Shown: one piece after another, positions 42,452-64,000 of the stretch | Layout of the letters: every line of letters begins with the position of its first letter | Position numbering within the stretch: the first letter of the stretch is position 1 | Assembly: GCA_964016885.1 (NCBI GenBank) | Contig: OZ024741.1 | Coordinates: 46,500,001-46,564,000 of the forward strand | Direction: 5' to 3' | Length of the DNA: 64,000 nucleotides | From: Eledone cirrhosa | Taxonomy: Eukaryota | Position numbers and translations under genes: made by a program | Notes under the pieces: generated by a model | What the model was told of the DNA's origin: nothing | What the model saw: the letters and a program-made list of their open reading frames with translations, nothing else | Databases searched by the model: none

Positions 42452-42550
42452 CTTGGAGAGAGGTGGGTGCCACCAGTTTTTTTAAATACCCATTATTTAC
42501 TTTATGTCACAGCGCCAACCCTACGACTCTATCAGAAATTATAGGGTCAG
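42241..42550 (+). mobile_element. Decayed SINE family A with (CT)n and shared 3' extension
   Basis: ggagagaggtggg...aaatacc...cctacgactctatcagaaatta as at 17380-17465. Confidence 0.55.
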
Positions 42551-44729
42551 GGATAAGTAGTTTAGCGACTAAAATACATTAACTCAATGAATGATACCAT
42601 ATTTAATCATTCCAGCAAGTAGGGAAAACAATTTGGTATATGTTTTGGACTCATTAGAACTCCTCAACGAAGCATAGACTTATCCGTGTTATTTCATGTA
42701 TAATTCTGATATATTAATTTCTTGGTTCAATATCGCAGCGTGATCACCTTTGCCTTTCATAGCTCTGATAATCGATAAAATATGTATCAGACATGTGCAG
42801 AGTCAGTTTAATCGATGATTTACATTTCTAAACATTTTCATTGTTGCACCAATGTAAGAAAGACATATTTACAATCATTAGGGAGCTGTTTACCGCAATA
42901 TCGATATTCGTATTGGCGGAATTGTTAAAGAGCCGGAATGTATTGTGTGTTTATCTGATCCAGCTCCTTCTACCAGGAGTTGTGACCCTTAGATAGTATC
43001 AGTAATGGAAATATTAATGAAAACATAGTTTCTTTGGTCTGATCTGATGATCGGCTCCTTTCTTTCCTTTTTTCTTCTTTCAATGGTTCTTCCTGTTCGA
43101 TTATCAAGAACAATTAATTGATTTATCAATGTCAATGCTACCCCTTCAAAGCGTATGCAATTAGCGGCAATATTAGGCACAAAAACACTAATAGAAACTT
43201 GCAATTTTTCTCAGACAATTTGAATTTTAATTTGAATTGGATAACTTACTTCTGCTTGATTCAATGATTCTTTATGAAAGAAACATAATCAATGGAAAAA
43301 TATTCAAATTTAAATCATTGTCTGTAATGGAATGATAATTTTAAACAGTGCCCCAGCAATAGTCACAAACACACTCAAACATAAATAGAAAATAAGCAAA
43401 TAAAATAACTAATACACACAAAAAAAGGAAAAAATGTACATTATTTCGCTGATGCATCGAAAAAGCAATATATAGGTGAAATAATTGAAAATTTCAGGCG
43501 GTTTTCGTAATATGTTCAATTTATAAATCTGAATTGTCTACAAGGATATTATTGGAAAAAATATTTCTCATGATTTAAATTGATTTTTAAAGCTGACTCG
43601 TTGAAAATAACTTCTATTGTTTTCTATTTATTTCCTTGTCTTTTTTTTGTCTTCATTCCAGACTATTTACCGTATATAAAAGAGATTAAAATTCAACTCT
43701 GTATCCTAACCTTTATTATATGTAGAAAATGAATATTTTAATGAAAGCTATCCAATTGCAGCTAACCGTGTGGGACAAATGGCGTGACAGCAAGAAACAA
43801 AAATGGAAAAGAATTGAGAATATTAGAAGAATAGAATTTTAAAACTAACAAGAAAATAAATAAAAAACATTAATATTACAGAGAAACACTAACAGAATTG
43901 AATAAAAACAACAGTGTCCTACTGTAAATGTTTTCTTGCACGAATATGATAATCCATTAGTTTTGCTAACGAGTTGATTCAACGGATTGTATTTTTGTGG
44001 GAGCCATTTGAAAACAATTCATTTTAATGTATCCTGTTAAAGGAGAGACATTATAATCTTCAGAATATTAAGAAGAACGAAGTTAATGGTAGGCATAGCG
44101 GATACATTTTACTTTATTACTAGTTTTTTAATCACCAGTTCGAATTGGCTGTCCCACGACTCCGAGAGAAAGACAAGATTCCCCCTTTCTCGCAATCATA
44201 CCTTTATAAATGATCACCTGGATCACACCTGCATTGATTTCAAAAACGAGTGATCAACAAAACATCTCCAATGTTTCGTCATCTCTTTCAGACTTTTGCC
44301 ATTGACCAAACCTTCATAGATTTTTTCAAGTTTCATTAGTAAAAAGAATTGAGTGTGGAGATGGAAGTCCAGTCTTCAAACAAATTTGTTGAAAACTGGA
44401 TGAGGGAAGTGACCATACTCCGAGAGAACGAGCCTACTCTGAGTACACACCTGTGGATTGGAGGACGTGTTTCCCCGAGAGGCCCAAGAACGATTAGAGT
44501 AGAATCAATAGCTTTAAGTAAAGAAATAGCAGTAGAAAAAATAGAGGAGGGTTAGGGTTAGTAGCTAAACTAGAAGAGGCGATTAGGAGTTGTATTGCAA
44601 CCAATGTGCTAGCTACAGGAATGGCCCTAGACCATTTCTTCAATACGAAACACGAAGGTTGCATTGTCAAAGCTAAGGCACGTGTTCAAAGTAAAGAAGG
44701 AACAAATTTCCATTGTCTAGACTCTAGAG

Positions 44730-44965
44730 CAGGCATGTCAAACATGTGGCCCGCGGGCCGCATGCGGCCCTTTACAAGCACACCTGTAGCCCGCACAAAG
44801 GTTTTTACAGCGCGAGCATCTTTTATCTTCGTAAAATTAGTTGTAACGTGCGCAATTAGTTGTCGTATGTGGCCCTCAGACAACACATATATGACCCATG
44901 TGGCCCTCAGACAACACATATGTGACCCATGTGGCCCTCAAGGGACCCTCAGTTTGACATGCCTG
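44730..44965. mobile_element. hAT (Buster/Charlie-type) MITE, 236 bp
   Basis: Perfect 14-bp TIR caggcatgtcaaac / gtttgacatgcctg; perfect 8-bp TSD ctcTAgag (44722-44729, 44966-44973); tggccc subterminal motifs. Confidence 0.95.
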
Positions 44966-45059
44966 CTCTAGAGCATCTTCACATGTCTATAATATTAGAG
45001 ATCTTTAAATAATATATTGTGTACACTTTAGGCTAAATGTATATTTACATCTTGTCATG

Positions 45060-45144
45060 ACTAGATAAATAATTGTTTCTACTTTAGGCACAAGGCCAGC
45101 AATTAACCAGTGCATTACTGGTACTTTATTACTAGATAAATAAT
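45060..45144 (-). mobile_element. Short 5'-truncated SINE A tail with 14-bp TSD
   Basis: actagataaataat at 45060-45073 and 45131-45144 flanking ttgtttctactttaggcacaaggccagc... Confidence 0.8.
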
Positions 45145-45296
45145 GTGTTGCATTGTGAAAGTTAACGTCTTAAATATTCATCAATTATTTACACACACAG
45201 GCACACACACACATGTGTGTGTGTTTTGTGTGTGCATGTGTGTATATTTGTGCCTGCATGTCTGTATATTTATATATATATATATGTGTGTGTCTG

Positions 45297-45386
<90 letters not shown>

Positions 45387-45869
45387 GTTAGGTGTGTAAC
45401 TACAGTTGCAGACAGCACGCCATTCGAAGCACTCAATGCTGTTACGAGGTCCGTCTCGTGTTGGGTTGTCTTCCAGAATAAAGAGTTTCGATGAGTCTTT
45501 TCACGTATAAACTCAAAGTTTATACAATAAAGTTTGTACATATGCTGCAACACTGACTTCGATTCTACTTATTCTCTCTATATATGTGTGCCCGCGCGTC
45601 TGTGTGTGTGCTCGCGTGTGTGTTAAGTACTCAAAGCTGTTTAATGGGCCCGAGTGGCAGAGTCGCATCGTGGCAATAAAGCCAGTTCGGCCTTTGACGA
45701 ATCGAAATAGGCGCAAGCTGTTCGATTCCAAGAAGATGTTGCTGTTTTCCAGCGAAACGGTGCACAACAGTTCGGGTAATAGTGGGTATGGAGACAGTCT
45801 GCCACAGCTCTCGACGGAACATGAGTAGTTCTATGAAAAGCCGATAAAAACAGCTGAGATACAGGAAGT

Positions 45870-46830
45870 CCTAAACGGCTATACAAGGCACTAATCACCC
45901 GGTTTGGATGGTTTACCTTACGTGTTTTACGTAGACATGCCAGACTTATTCTCTGATGTCCTTGAAGCAGCCTAATACAACTGGCAGCAGAACGGAAGGA
46001 ATCCCAGCTTTTTAAGTCGAGGTGTAGTAACGTTGATGAAGAAAAACGAGTACAACAGCAACAGTATTGATAATTTTAGGACTATAACTCTGCACAACAA
46101 AGATTGCGCAACACAGATTTTAAGATTGTGGCCAATGTGTCTACAACGATGTCAGCGTTTGTCGTCAAAAGTCTGGTAGAGGAAGCGCAAATGTGCACAA
46201 TCCTGACAACCTCTATACACGACAACCTCCCCTATATCATATAGAGACTAGTTAATACACCTGGCTTCTCTTGGGCTCTGATCAATTTAGATCAATCGAA
46301 AAATTTCGATAGGGTTGACTATCGATACTTGGAGGCTGTTCCCTTGGCCACCGGTTTCAATCTTGTCGCCGGAGGCTGGATTTCTGCAATACACAGCAGT
46401 ATCTGTTCAATGATTAGAGTAAATGGCCACCTATCGGGGTGTGTCAGCATATGCGGACGACGTCACCATGATGGTATAGAACACTTCGGAAATCGAAAGG
46501 CGGTTGGTAACTTCTCAGAGCGACGAAACCGGTTTTCATGAATTCATTCAGTGTCCCGGTATTGCTGACTTTTGGAGTTTTGTCGAACAGCTCTTGTCGC
46601 GTGTAGAACAGGTTCGGCTATCGTCCGACTCCATCGTGAAGATCGCTCCGCCGTCTTCTTTGGGCCGAGAAGCGCAGGCGATTTTTTTTCTCTGTATGGC
46701 GGCTGTAGCGAAAGACAGTACATTTGTTAAAAGGTGGATGAATGTAGCGAGGGTGGCCTGAGGGAATAGACATAGTCTGAGCATGCGCCTGTGGCAAGAG
46801 AGTCAGAGAAGATAGGGACACCTTCTTAGG
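45870..46830 (+). mobile_element. Degenerate L1/Tx1-like LINE RT and 3' region (further pieces probably at ~44350-44700)
   Basis: NFRTITLHN..DFKIVANV, ALINLDQSKNFDRVDYRYL, SAYADDVT; C-terminal FVKRWMNVARVA. Confidence 0.75.
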
Positions 46831-47477
46831 GTGGTCTTGCTCATTAGCGTGCTTTCAGATCTGTGCGGTTCCTAAACTACTCCTGGGTGATGCTTTGCCC
46901 ACCCTATTGGGAATTCTATTGTTATTTATTTATTGTTAATTGTTACCTGTTTTACAAATTTGTATGTAAGCCTCCATTGTCCCTGTTCTTTTCTATTGTC
47001 ATTTATGGTTTGCTCTTGTGGCCAATAAATGGCCACTAAAGAAAGAAGTATTATTTCTAATTAACAAAACGAAACCAAAACCACTAACATGCATATTTAT
47101 GAAACTCCTTTTCCAAATAGACGTAACTTTGTCAAACAAAACATTGGATCTGTAGAAATCGCCTTGTCTATCAAAAGCAGTTATTTTTCCTGATTCCTTC
47201 ACTGATTAAAACAATAGAGTTGTAATTTCACTGCAGACAGTACGATGACACACGCGGTGATTGAACAATACGACAGTTACATTAACAATATATTATTTCG
47301 ATCTGAATTCGATTTAAAATGGAACGGCAAAGATCAATACCATTCTCAAAGTGTTGATGGGTTATGGTATTGTTGAGGAATCTACTAGAGATAGAGGAAT
47401 AGGATGTGAGTGGTGCGGATGAGGGAGATTGTGTGAGAAGATAAAGAAACCCAAAGATAAATCTACTGCATGCTTTC

Positions 47478-47510
<33 letters not shown>

Positions 47511-47664
47511 CGTGTGTGTGTGTATGTGTGTGTGCGTGTATATATATATATATATATATATTGCATATATTCAAAAGTTTGTAAATACGAATGCGAGTGT
47601 GTATGTATGTGTATGTATATATATATATATACTGTATGTATGTGTGTGTGTGTGTGTGTATACA

Positions 47665-47701
<37 letters not shown>

Positions 47702-47743
47702 TTAAAACAACAGGATTTCCCTAACCTGAATAACCAGTTCTAC

Positions 47744-47777
<34 letters not shown>

Positions 47778-47907
47778 ATAATAATAAAATTGAAGACTAA
47801 AATCCAAAGAGGAGTTCTGCGTTTACAGATTGACTTTGTTAGTTACAGAAGATCCCGTTAAGGGTGAAAGCAGCGATTCTTTGCTTAAACTTTAATCTGT
47901 TATTTTA

Positions 47908-47997
<90 letters not shown>

Positions 47998-48056
47998 TTA
48001 AACTTGCATACGTATATACAAACTTATACATGCATACCTGCAGGTGTACCTAGATA

Positions 48057-48089
<33 letters not shown>

Positions 48090-48370
48090 AAGGACCCCTA
48101 GTCTTTCTCAGGGCATTCTTCTAGGAGAAGGCAACTCAGGAAACTGGGATGACTCCGAAATAAAACCTGCGGCTCAGTAGTTACCGATGATGTTGATCTT
48201 TTCTTCTTTTCGGGTTATAGCTACTGTCGCTCAGAGAGTGGGATTGGCTCAGTGCACAGTCTTTCCTCACTTTAAAAAATATCTTCACGCACAGGCATTG
48301 CACGATAGAAATAATTAATAATTATTAATAATGGTATATCGTGCAATGGCCATAGTCGATAACGAGGGGG
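48090..48370 (+). mobile_element. Possible RTE-type retroelement 5' UTR fragment
   Basis: ctaggagaaggcaactc and cagtctttcctcactttaaaaaa motifs (recalled as RTE-like); hairpin cattgcacgata/tatcgtgcaatg. Confidence 0.35.
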
Positions 48371-48568
48371 CAGTCATCATATGTATATATATATGTATAT
48401 ATATATGTATGTATGTATATGTATGTATATATATATGCATGCATAGATATATCTTTCGTTCTATCTCCCCCACCCCACTCTCACCACTCACCACTCACAT
48501 ACTATTTCTCTCATTCTATATAGTAGATTCCTCAATATCATAAAACATCTACACTTTGAGAATGGTAC

Positions 48569-49033
<465 letters not shown>

Positions 49034-49101
49034 AAATAGATAGATAGATAGATAGATAGATATACATGTGTGTGTGTTTGCATGTTTGTATACATCTGTA
49101 C

Positions 49102-49201
<100 letters not shown>

Positions 49202-49344
49202 ATAAGTGTCTATGCACATATATGTGCATATATGCATGTATGTGTATGTGTTTATATATGTTTGTTTGCAAATGTACGTTTGTATGTTTGTATATGATTG
49301 TATATATATTTGTTTTTATGTATATATGTCTCTATGTTTGTATG

Positions 49345-49379
<35 letters not shown>

Positions 49380-50324
49380 TCTATTGCGCATGTGTGCGTA
49401 TGTAAATGTGTATGAATGTGCATGTGTGTGTGTGTTTGTGTTGTGTGTACTTGCGTATATAAATGTATTTGTGGTTGTGCATGTGTGTTGTGTGTGTATG
49501 CGTATATACATGTATTTGGACGTGCATGTGTGTGCTTGTGTGTGTGAGTATTTGCGTATATATATATACATATGTGTGTGTGTGTGTTTGTGCGCGTGTG
49601 TTTGTGTGCGCATGTGTGTTTGTGTGCGTGTGTGTGTGAGCATGTTTGGGTGTGTGAGTGCGTGTTTGGGTGTGTGAGTTCGTGTTTGTGTGAGTATCTG
49701 CGTATATATATATATATATATATATGTTTGTGTGCGTGGTTTCAGTGTGTGAGAGCGTGTTTGTGTATGTGTGCGTGTTTGGGTGTGTGAGTGCGTGTGT
49801 TTGTGTATGTGTGCGTGTTTAGGTGTATGAGTGCGTGTTTGTGTATGTGTGCGTGTTTGGGTGAGCCTTGACGACATTAAAGGAAGGGATCTGAAGAAGG
49901 ATCTTAATGCTTTATGCTGATGTGCTGATATGCTGATGGAAACTAGAAACCACATGAAATTTTACACTGAACATCTTCAAACACTGTACTACGATGTAAT
50001 GAGGTAACGGACTGGAAGGGATCCAGTATCTACGATAAATATTATCTCTCTTGAAGAGTTTAACAAACTTCAGGGAAACCAGATACGTTAGGCTATATTA
50101 CCAGATATTTTCTCTATGCAATAAGTACGAGTTATTAAATAATTTACATCTAGAGGATATTACGAAGACAAACAGCCAAAGCTACGTTCACTCTGAATGT
50201 CATGTCAGCATCTAGCATCAAATGTATCGTAATCCTAAATCCTTAACCCTAATGTATATATTGCAACTACGGGATCTATTTATATAGTGTATGTATATAT
50301 ATAAATATGTATGTAAAAGGTATG

Positions 50325-50418
<94 letters not shown>

Positions 50419-51124
50419 TAAAGTTAGTCCTTCATCAGTGATCTTCCAACCATCATTGGTATTTCATCGCTTTAAAGACCATATACCTCCGGTTGGTGCG
50501 AGCAACGGCTAAAGAAAGTCGTTGGGACACGTAAATAAGGGGAACGAGCGAGAATGTAAACAAACAAAGATGGTAAAGCAACGAAAAGTGAGGAAGAAAT
50601 AGTCAAGTCCCAGATTTCCATGAATATAAGTTCGGTGAAATCGTGAACGAGAGAGAATAAAGACCATCAAACCTAGTCGAAATGTGAGCAAGGAAGGAAT
50701 TCCGCACAAGTCAAACGGGAGGAAGAAGGAGTCCAGTCCGTGAATTCGGTGAACATAAGTTCTGTGAAATCGTAGACGAGAGAGAGAAAAGGGGAACCAG
50801 CCTGGTCAAGCGTGCGAGAGAAAAGAATTACGCACAGGTCAAACGGGAGGAAGTAGGTGAGGTAGTAGCAGAGAGTGAGTGAGTGAAGGGTGAGGAAGAG
50901 GCTAACAGAGAGAGTGACTGTTAGAGAGGGTAAAGATACAGAGAAAGAGGAAGCAGTAAGAATGAAATAGACGGGTCACAGCGGGGGGAAAATATGTGTG
51001 AATATGAGAACAAACGTGCTGCGTGGTTTCAAATGGGTTACATATGAATAAAGTTAGCGATCTTCCATATATATATATATATATATAGTTAAAAGAATAG
51101 AGGTGTAACACACAAGTTATTATA

Positions 51125-56476
<5,352 letters not shown>

Positions 56477-57910
56477 TATAAAATGTAGTATATTTACTTA
56501 AGATATTTAACTATTTATGAAAGTTGGCGATAAATCTTTCGATTCCTTCAATTTTTTTTAAAACCTTTCTGCATGAATATATAATTAATGAGATTAAATA
56601 AACTACCCTAAAATTGGCGATGTTCCCAATCTTTTGAATAAATTTTTAAGCTGGATAAACTTCTATAATAAATATAAGAGCATTTGTAGAATAAGTTTTG
56701 AATGATTTCTGCTAGATAAGGCTTGGTGAACAATTTTGGTTTTGTTTGCTTTTGATTCTGATTTTATGTGACTGATTTTATGCGTGGCATACTATGTTCT
56801 CTTGCGTCCCTAGATACTCTGACGAAGATATTATTGGCGTTTTTAATTTTTAATATTGATATCTGTTGTCTATTCTATGCTTGATCGATAATCATGCAAG
56901 TGAGGCAGGAATGTTACTTTAAATGTTAATGTATATCTTATATATTTTATGTCTATATATATGTATATATGTTATATTTGGGGAGGGTCATATTTGTGTA
57001 ATATTGCCAGAATTAATAACAGAACACACTCACTGTTTGGTTGGTTTTCGCTTCTCGCTGTCTTTTATATCTGCGGTCTAACTTACTCGGTCCTCAATGT
57101 TGCCATTGACTGACCGACGGTCAAAAATAATACAGATACAATATAGACACATGTATATATGTATGTAAATATATGTAGGGTGGAACTTTTTGTAACGCAA
57201 TGAAGTTTTTCATGAAATATAAGAATCTGTGGAGCATATCACGTAAGTTCACATGTGTGTCTATATTTATCAACTTGAATTTGAGATAACCTTCTCTTTT
57301 CTCTTTTTTCTTTTTTCATGAGAATGCATATACACTTATGTTTGAAGTTTTATCTCAGATTTTGCTTATAGACCTAAGAATTTTTAAACTAAGCATGGGG
57401 TCATTTTTTCACACATTATGGATATGTGTCTCATTCATGAATACTGATATTTACATTATAATACCTATTTCATAAAAATTGATAATTCAAATGGATGAGA
57501 CATAATATATTTTTAATATATTTTAAATATATCATCTTTCTTTCTTTTTCTCCTCTACACTGGACGTGATTTATGTGTCGGCTGGTTTAACTGTATCCCT
57601 TCCCCCCTTAACCTCTCACATATACGATGATCATCTGTCCAAAAGCTGCCTACTATATTTTTTTCACTTCCTCAATGTATTTCTCTCTCCCATATCTCCT
57701 TCTCTCTCTATCTCGCTCTGTTGTTTTTCTTTACATACATCTCTTCATCTTCTTTTTTATTTACATACATCTCTTCATCTTCTTCTTTTCATCTTCGTTT
57801 TTCTTTCTATATAACTGTCATAACAGTTTCACTACCAAATCAACTTTTTAAATGGAAGTTGCATTATTATAAGGTATGTCAAAATTATTTATAAAACAGC
57901 TTATGTATTG

Positions 57911-57976
57911 TATTTTGTCTGAGGAAGGTATACCATATTTTTAATATGATATCCCAGAAATATATATAACGAAATA
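57911..57976 (+). ncRNA. Type I hammerhead ribozyme, palindromic minimal helix III
   Basis: uauuuugu CUGAGGA [long helix II] GAAA uauaua UA acgaaaua; ~1.4 kb 3' of the GIY-YIG stop at 56476. Confidence 0.75.
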
Positions 57977-58016
57977 AATATGGTTTTATAAATATAGTTT
58001 CCATTTGTTTAATATC

Positions 58017-58071
<55 letters not shown>

Positions 58072-58284
58072 CAAAAGTTTAACAAGGTTCATTGATTAAT
58101 CAATGAATAAAGTTTTACAATAGATTAGAACCAACAGATAATTAGTGATAATGACAATATTAATATTAGCAATAATATTGATACTGAGAATAACAATAAC
58201 ATTAAGTTAAGCACTTACAATAGAACACCTACACATATTAGCAATGATAACGCGTACAGTTTAAATTATAGTAATAACAGAAAA

Positions 58285-58734
58285 TCGAACTGTAACTGTA
58301 GAAATAGATCTGATTGCCCTTTGCAAAATAATTGCCTTGATAAGGACTTAGTATATAAATGTACCGTTAAAGCAAATGACATAACCTACAACTACATAGA
58401 TGCAACTTCATCGAGCTTTAAACTGAGATTTTCCAATCATAAACATTATTTTTCTAATCCGGATAAGAAATTCTCTACTTCTTTATCACAACTAATATGG
58501 TCTTTAAAAGAGAAAAATTTAAAATACTCAATATTTTGGTCCAAGCTTCGCAATTGCCAAGTCTACCAAAATTCCTCTATTTATCCTAACTGCAATCTTT
58601 GCAATACCGAGACTCTATTAATAATTGCTAATTATGGTAACTTAATTAACAAAAAAAGTGAATTATTCTCAAACTGCCTGCACAAATCCACATCTACATT
58701 TCAAGCATTATATAAAATTAGGAAAAAACATTGA
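58285..58734 (+). pseudogene. Penelope-like GIY-YIG endonuclease fragment
   Basis: NCNCRNRSDCPLQNNCL, LVY..YIDAT..FKLRFSNH, CNLCNTE; paralogous to 56040-56476. Confidence 0.85.
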
Positions 58735-59972
58735 CTAAACGTGAAATGATTTCGACTTTTATTAATAATTCCGAGGGTGAATTGATATTGACTCTGATTA
58801 ATAATTCTTGTAATGCTTTTATTATTATTACTATTATTAATATTGGATATAAGGTTTCTACCTAACCTTAGAAATTGTTTACCTGCTCTCTTATAGAGTA
58901 TGTTAATCTCTAGATTGTTTAAATACATTTAGTTTTGATTTTGTATTTTTTAAATCTTGTATCTTATAAATTTGATATATGTAATGTCTTCAGACTCGTA
59001 AACCGTTTAATTACTTTAAATGTTTGTTTACGTCTTACGAGGATATTGTTTACATTTATCGTATAAAAGTTTCGTTTTATCTAAATTGATTAATAATCTG
59101 TACTTAACTTGATGTATAATTTTGAATACAGTAAAATCTAGTTAAATCAAATTTATAACACTCTTAAGTGTAATTATAACTAATAATTAATATTATATAT
59201 AATTGACAAATATCGATTTAATTCTTATAGTTTATATATGAACTATACAAATGCTCATATCTAAATAAATCTGGTTTAATAATATCATATTTACTACATT
59301 TATAAGCTTTATTGTTAGTTAATAACATTTTAAATTTTAATCTTTCTAACTAAATTATTGACTATATTTAATAATTTAAATATACTCTTGATTACCCTTT
59401 GAGTTATATTAAATTATCTTTTTCATTTTATATTTGTTTTAACTTTGATATAATACAATAATATAGGTTCTTTCAAATATTATAGTCTAAAAATTTCAAG
59501 TTATTTAATTAATTGATTATTTCTAATTGACTTAATATTTGAAAAAAACGGTCACGCATCATATACCTTGATTCTCCTTCTCCTTATGTAATTATATGTC
59601 TCCACACATATCTCCCTTTCTTTGTTTTTACTATCATCTCTCTTTCCTTTTCTCTCTCTCTCTCCTGTTAGCTCTCTCACTCTCTCATTTGCTCCCTCTA
59701 TAATACGGAGGTATACATATTTTATTATTAAAATGTTTAACAGTTATGTAGTTTTATGTTTATATTCATTACTTGCCTTTATATATACTTATTATTTTTG
59801 TTATATTTATTATTATATATTTTTGTACGCATTTTCCTACATACCCTCTTTATTATATGTAGTTTTTCATGTTACAACTTATGGTATATAAATATTGAGT
59901 ATTGTCATACCTAATCACTGCCAAGACTGGAATTGAACCATCAGCACAGTTGAGGTATGTCAGACATCAATC

Positions 59973-60038
59973 TATTTTATTTGATGAGGACGTACTGATG
60001 AAATAGCTCAGTACCTCTGAAATATGTATAATAAAATA
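59973..60038 (+). ncRNA. Type I hammerhead-like motif (U3 variant)
   Basis: uauuuuau UUGAUGA ..guacuga/ucaguac.. GAAA uaugua UA auaaaaua; ~1.2 kb 3' of the GIY-YIG stop at 58734. Confidence 0.65.
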
Positions 60039-60080
60039 TATTTGATCAGATGAATGTCTATATTTATTAATATTTTGAAG

Positions 60081-60122
<42 letters not shown>

Positions 60123-60167
60123 CTTCAAAATATTAATAAATATAGACATTCATGTGATCAAATATAT
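60038..60167. repeat. Palindrome centred on (TA)n
   Basis: atatttgatca(g/c)atgaatgtctatatttattaatattttgaagtaa mirrored. Confidence 0.9.
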
Positions 60168-60210
60168 TATATATATATATGCGAGAAAAACCACAAACCC
60201 TCCATCTCAA

Positions 60211-60254
60211 TTCTACTTTTGAAAAGCACAAGCACTGCGAAACCGGTAAAGGAA
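60211..60254 (+). ncRNA. Minimal type I hammerhead with U3-A8 core covariation
   Basis: uuc-ua-cuu UUGAAAA gca-caagcac-ugc GAAA ccgg UA aag-gaa. Confidence 0.65.
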
Positions 60255-60926
60255 CCAAATAAATATATATATATTTTTTAAAAAGACTCCAATTGCATTT
60301 TCGATTTCATATATTTTCATTATACTTTCACTCGTGTAGGACATCTCGGTTTCTTTCATTTTGTTAAAAAAAACCTCAGTTTCTTATATATATATAATTA
60401 ATACAATAACAGAGATAGTTTAAAGCTAAACTCTGACTGGTAACCATCTCACTCAACAAACATTAGGTTATATTAAAATATAAACCCAATTTAAGTGTTT
60501 GGGGTGCTAACAATATGTATGATGTGGAAAAACCAGTTGTATTATTTTATGAGATATAATTAAAGTTAAAGTATATCTCTCTTTCCAAACAATTGTTTCA
60601 TTATAAGTTTTCTACAAGTTTGGGAGAATGTTTCCAGTTTATGTAGAAGCCTAATATATATTCATGTAAGAATATATTTAGGTGGGCACTTATAAATCAT
60701 CAGTGGAAGCCCATTAAACATTGATATAAGAAAACAATTTCTTACCGCTGTCAAAAATCATGTCCGTAAAGTAGCTCTCTCTCGCCTCGAATGACCGCCA
60801 AATTTGAAATTCCAGCAGTTTTTGACTGAGGAAGTACCATAGCGACACGAAGCGGGAAGGGGAGACAACTCACGAAATGAGGGAAAAAAAAATAATAATA
60901 TATATATATATATATTTATAATAATA

Positions 60927-61047
<121 letters not shown>

Positions 61048-61051
61048 AAGG

Positions 61052-61102
61052 AGCTTCTACAGGACTAGTACTGTTTCATTCAGATGAAATCTTCAGGAAG
61101 CT
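61052..61102 (-). ncRNA. Type I hammerhead ribozyme
   Basis: Minus strand: agcuuc CUGAAGA uuuc-aucu-gaau GAAA cag-uacuaguc-cug UA gaagcu; all three helices pair. Confidence 0.8.
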
Positions 61103-61603
61103 GGGTGTCATATTAAGTTCTGGTATTTATATATTTAGGAAGTGGAAAGGGAGGGGTGGAGGCTGGGGGGAGGGGCGGTAGGATGGTATTTAGATACACA
61201 GGACCACAACATGGCACAGGCCGTTTCTACTTTGGGGAGTGGTCAATTAGCCAGAGTGCTTTTTTGAAATAAATAAATAAGTAAATAAATAAATAAATAA
61301 ATGAATAAATAGATAAATGAATAAATAAATAAAAAAATAAATAAAAAAAATAATAAATAAATAAATAAAAACCCCAAGAATAGTAATTCAACAGATATAT
61401 AGTAGGGAAATTTTTTAGGTGGGTTGGTAATAGAAGATAAACAAGACCGAATCATGGCACAGACTGAGGTGAGTGGTCAAGTTAACATACAAGCCACAGG
61501 TGGCCAGAGTGTTTTTGTAGAATGGAAAGAATAAAATATATTTACATACTCACAACCACATACATAAACACTTACACACACATATATATATGCATACCTA
61601 TAC

Positions 61604-63758
<2,155 letters not shown>

Positions 63759-64000
63759 TATATAGAGAGAGAGAGATTACAATAATCAAAGTTCAGTTTA
63801 AATCATTTATTTGCTTACAATTGTTTCCTCCAAACCGAGGTTTTGGATTCTTCAGAGCAACTATTTAGTGATCTATAACATACTTGACCTCCTTTTCAAC
63901 ACAAGAGACATATAAAAACACATGCACATATTGATCCACAGTGGGATGACATCCATCAAAATGATATAGCATGGTAATTTACATATAAAGGTTAAAGGAT

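Noticed and set aside
47841-47891. Hammerhead-like CAGAAGA-tccc/gggt-GAAA-gca..tgc
   Set aside because: Core U4 mutated and helix I weak; at best a decayed relic
56818-56865. Hammerhead starting CTGACGA with a long helix II
   Set aside because: No GAAA or helix III follows

Overview
Eukaryotic, AT-rich, repeat-dominated animal DNA with no intact host gene that I can support. The SINE families and the microsatellite load resemble octopus (coleoid cephalopod) sequence; that assignment is an inference. Most listed ORFs are microsatellite artefacts. Real content: (1) a Buster/Charlie-type hAT non-autonomous element (1648-8790) carrying about 199 copies of a 34-bp satellite; (2) a 6.7-kb GGT/GTT/GCT trinucleotide field; (3) four R4/Dong-like RLE retrotransposon copies, each bounded by (ACAT)n; (4) several Penelope-like elements (RT + GIY-YIG), one with an open ~660-codon ORF between inverted terminal repeats; (5) CR1-like and L1/Tx1 fragments, SINEs, a hAT MITE and several long palindromes. 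The top hit is 37742-40245: a seemingly identical 310-bp non-coding tandem repeat in which every unit carries a type I hammerhead ribozyme with a palindromic minimal helix III. This is the architecture of a non-LTR retrozyme that would yield a 310-nt structured circular RNA. Its inversion breakpoint lies in the ribozyme's own helix I. Related hammerhead motifs, including U3-A8 core variants, occur in Penelope-type terminal repeats across the window.
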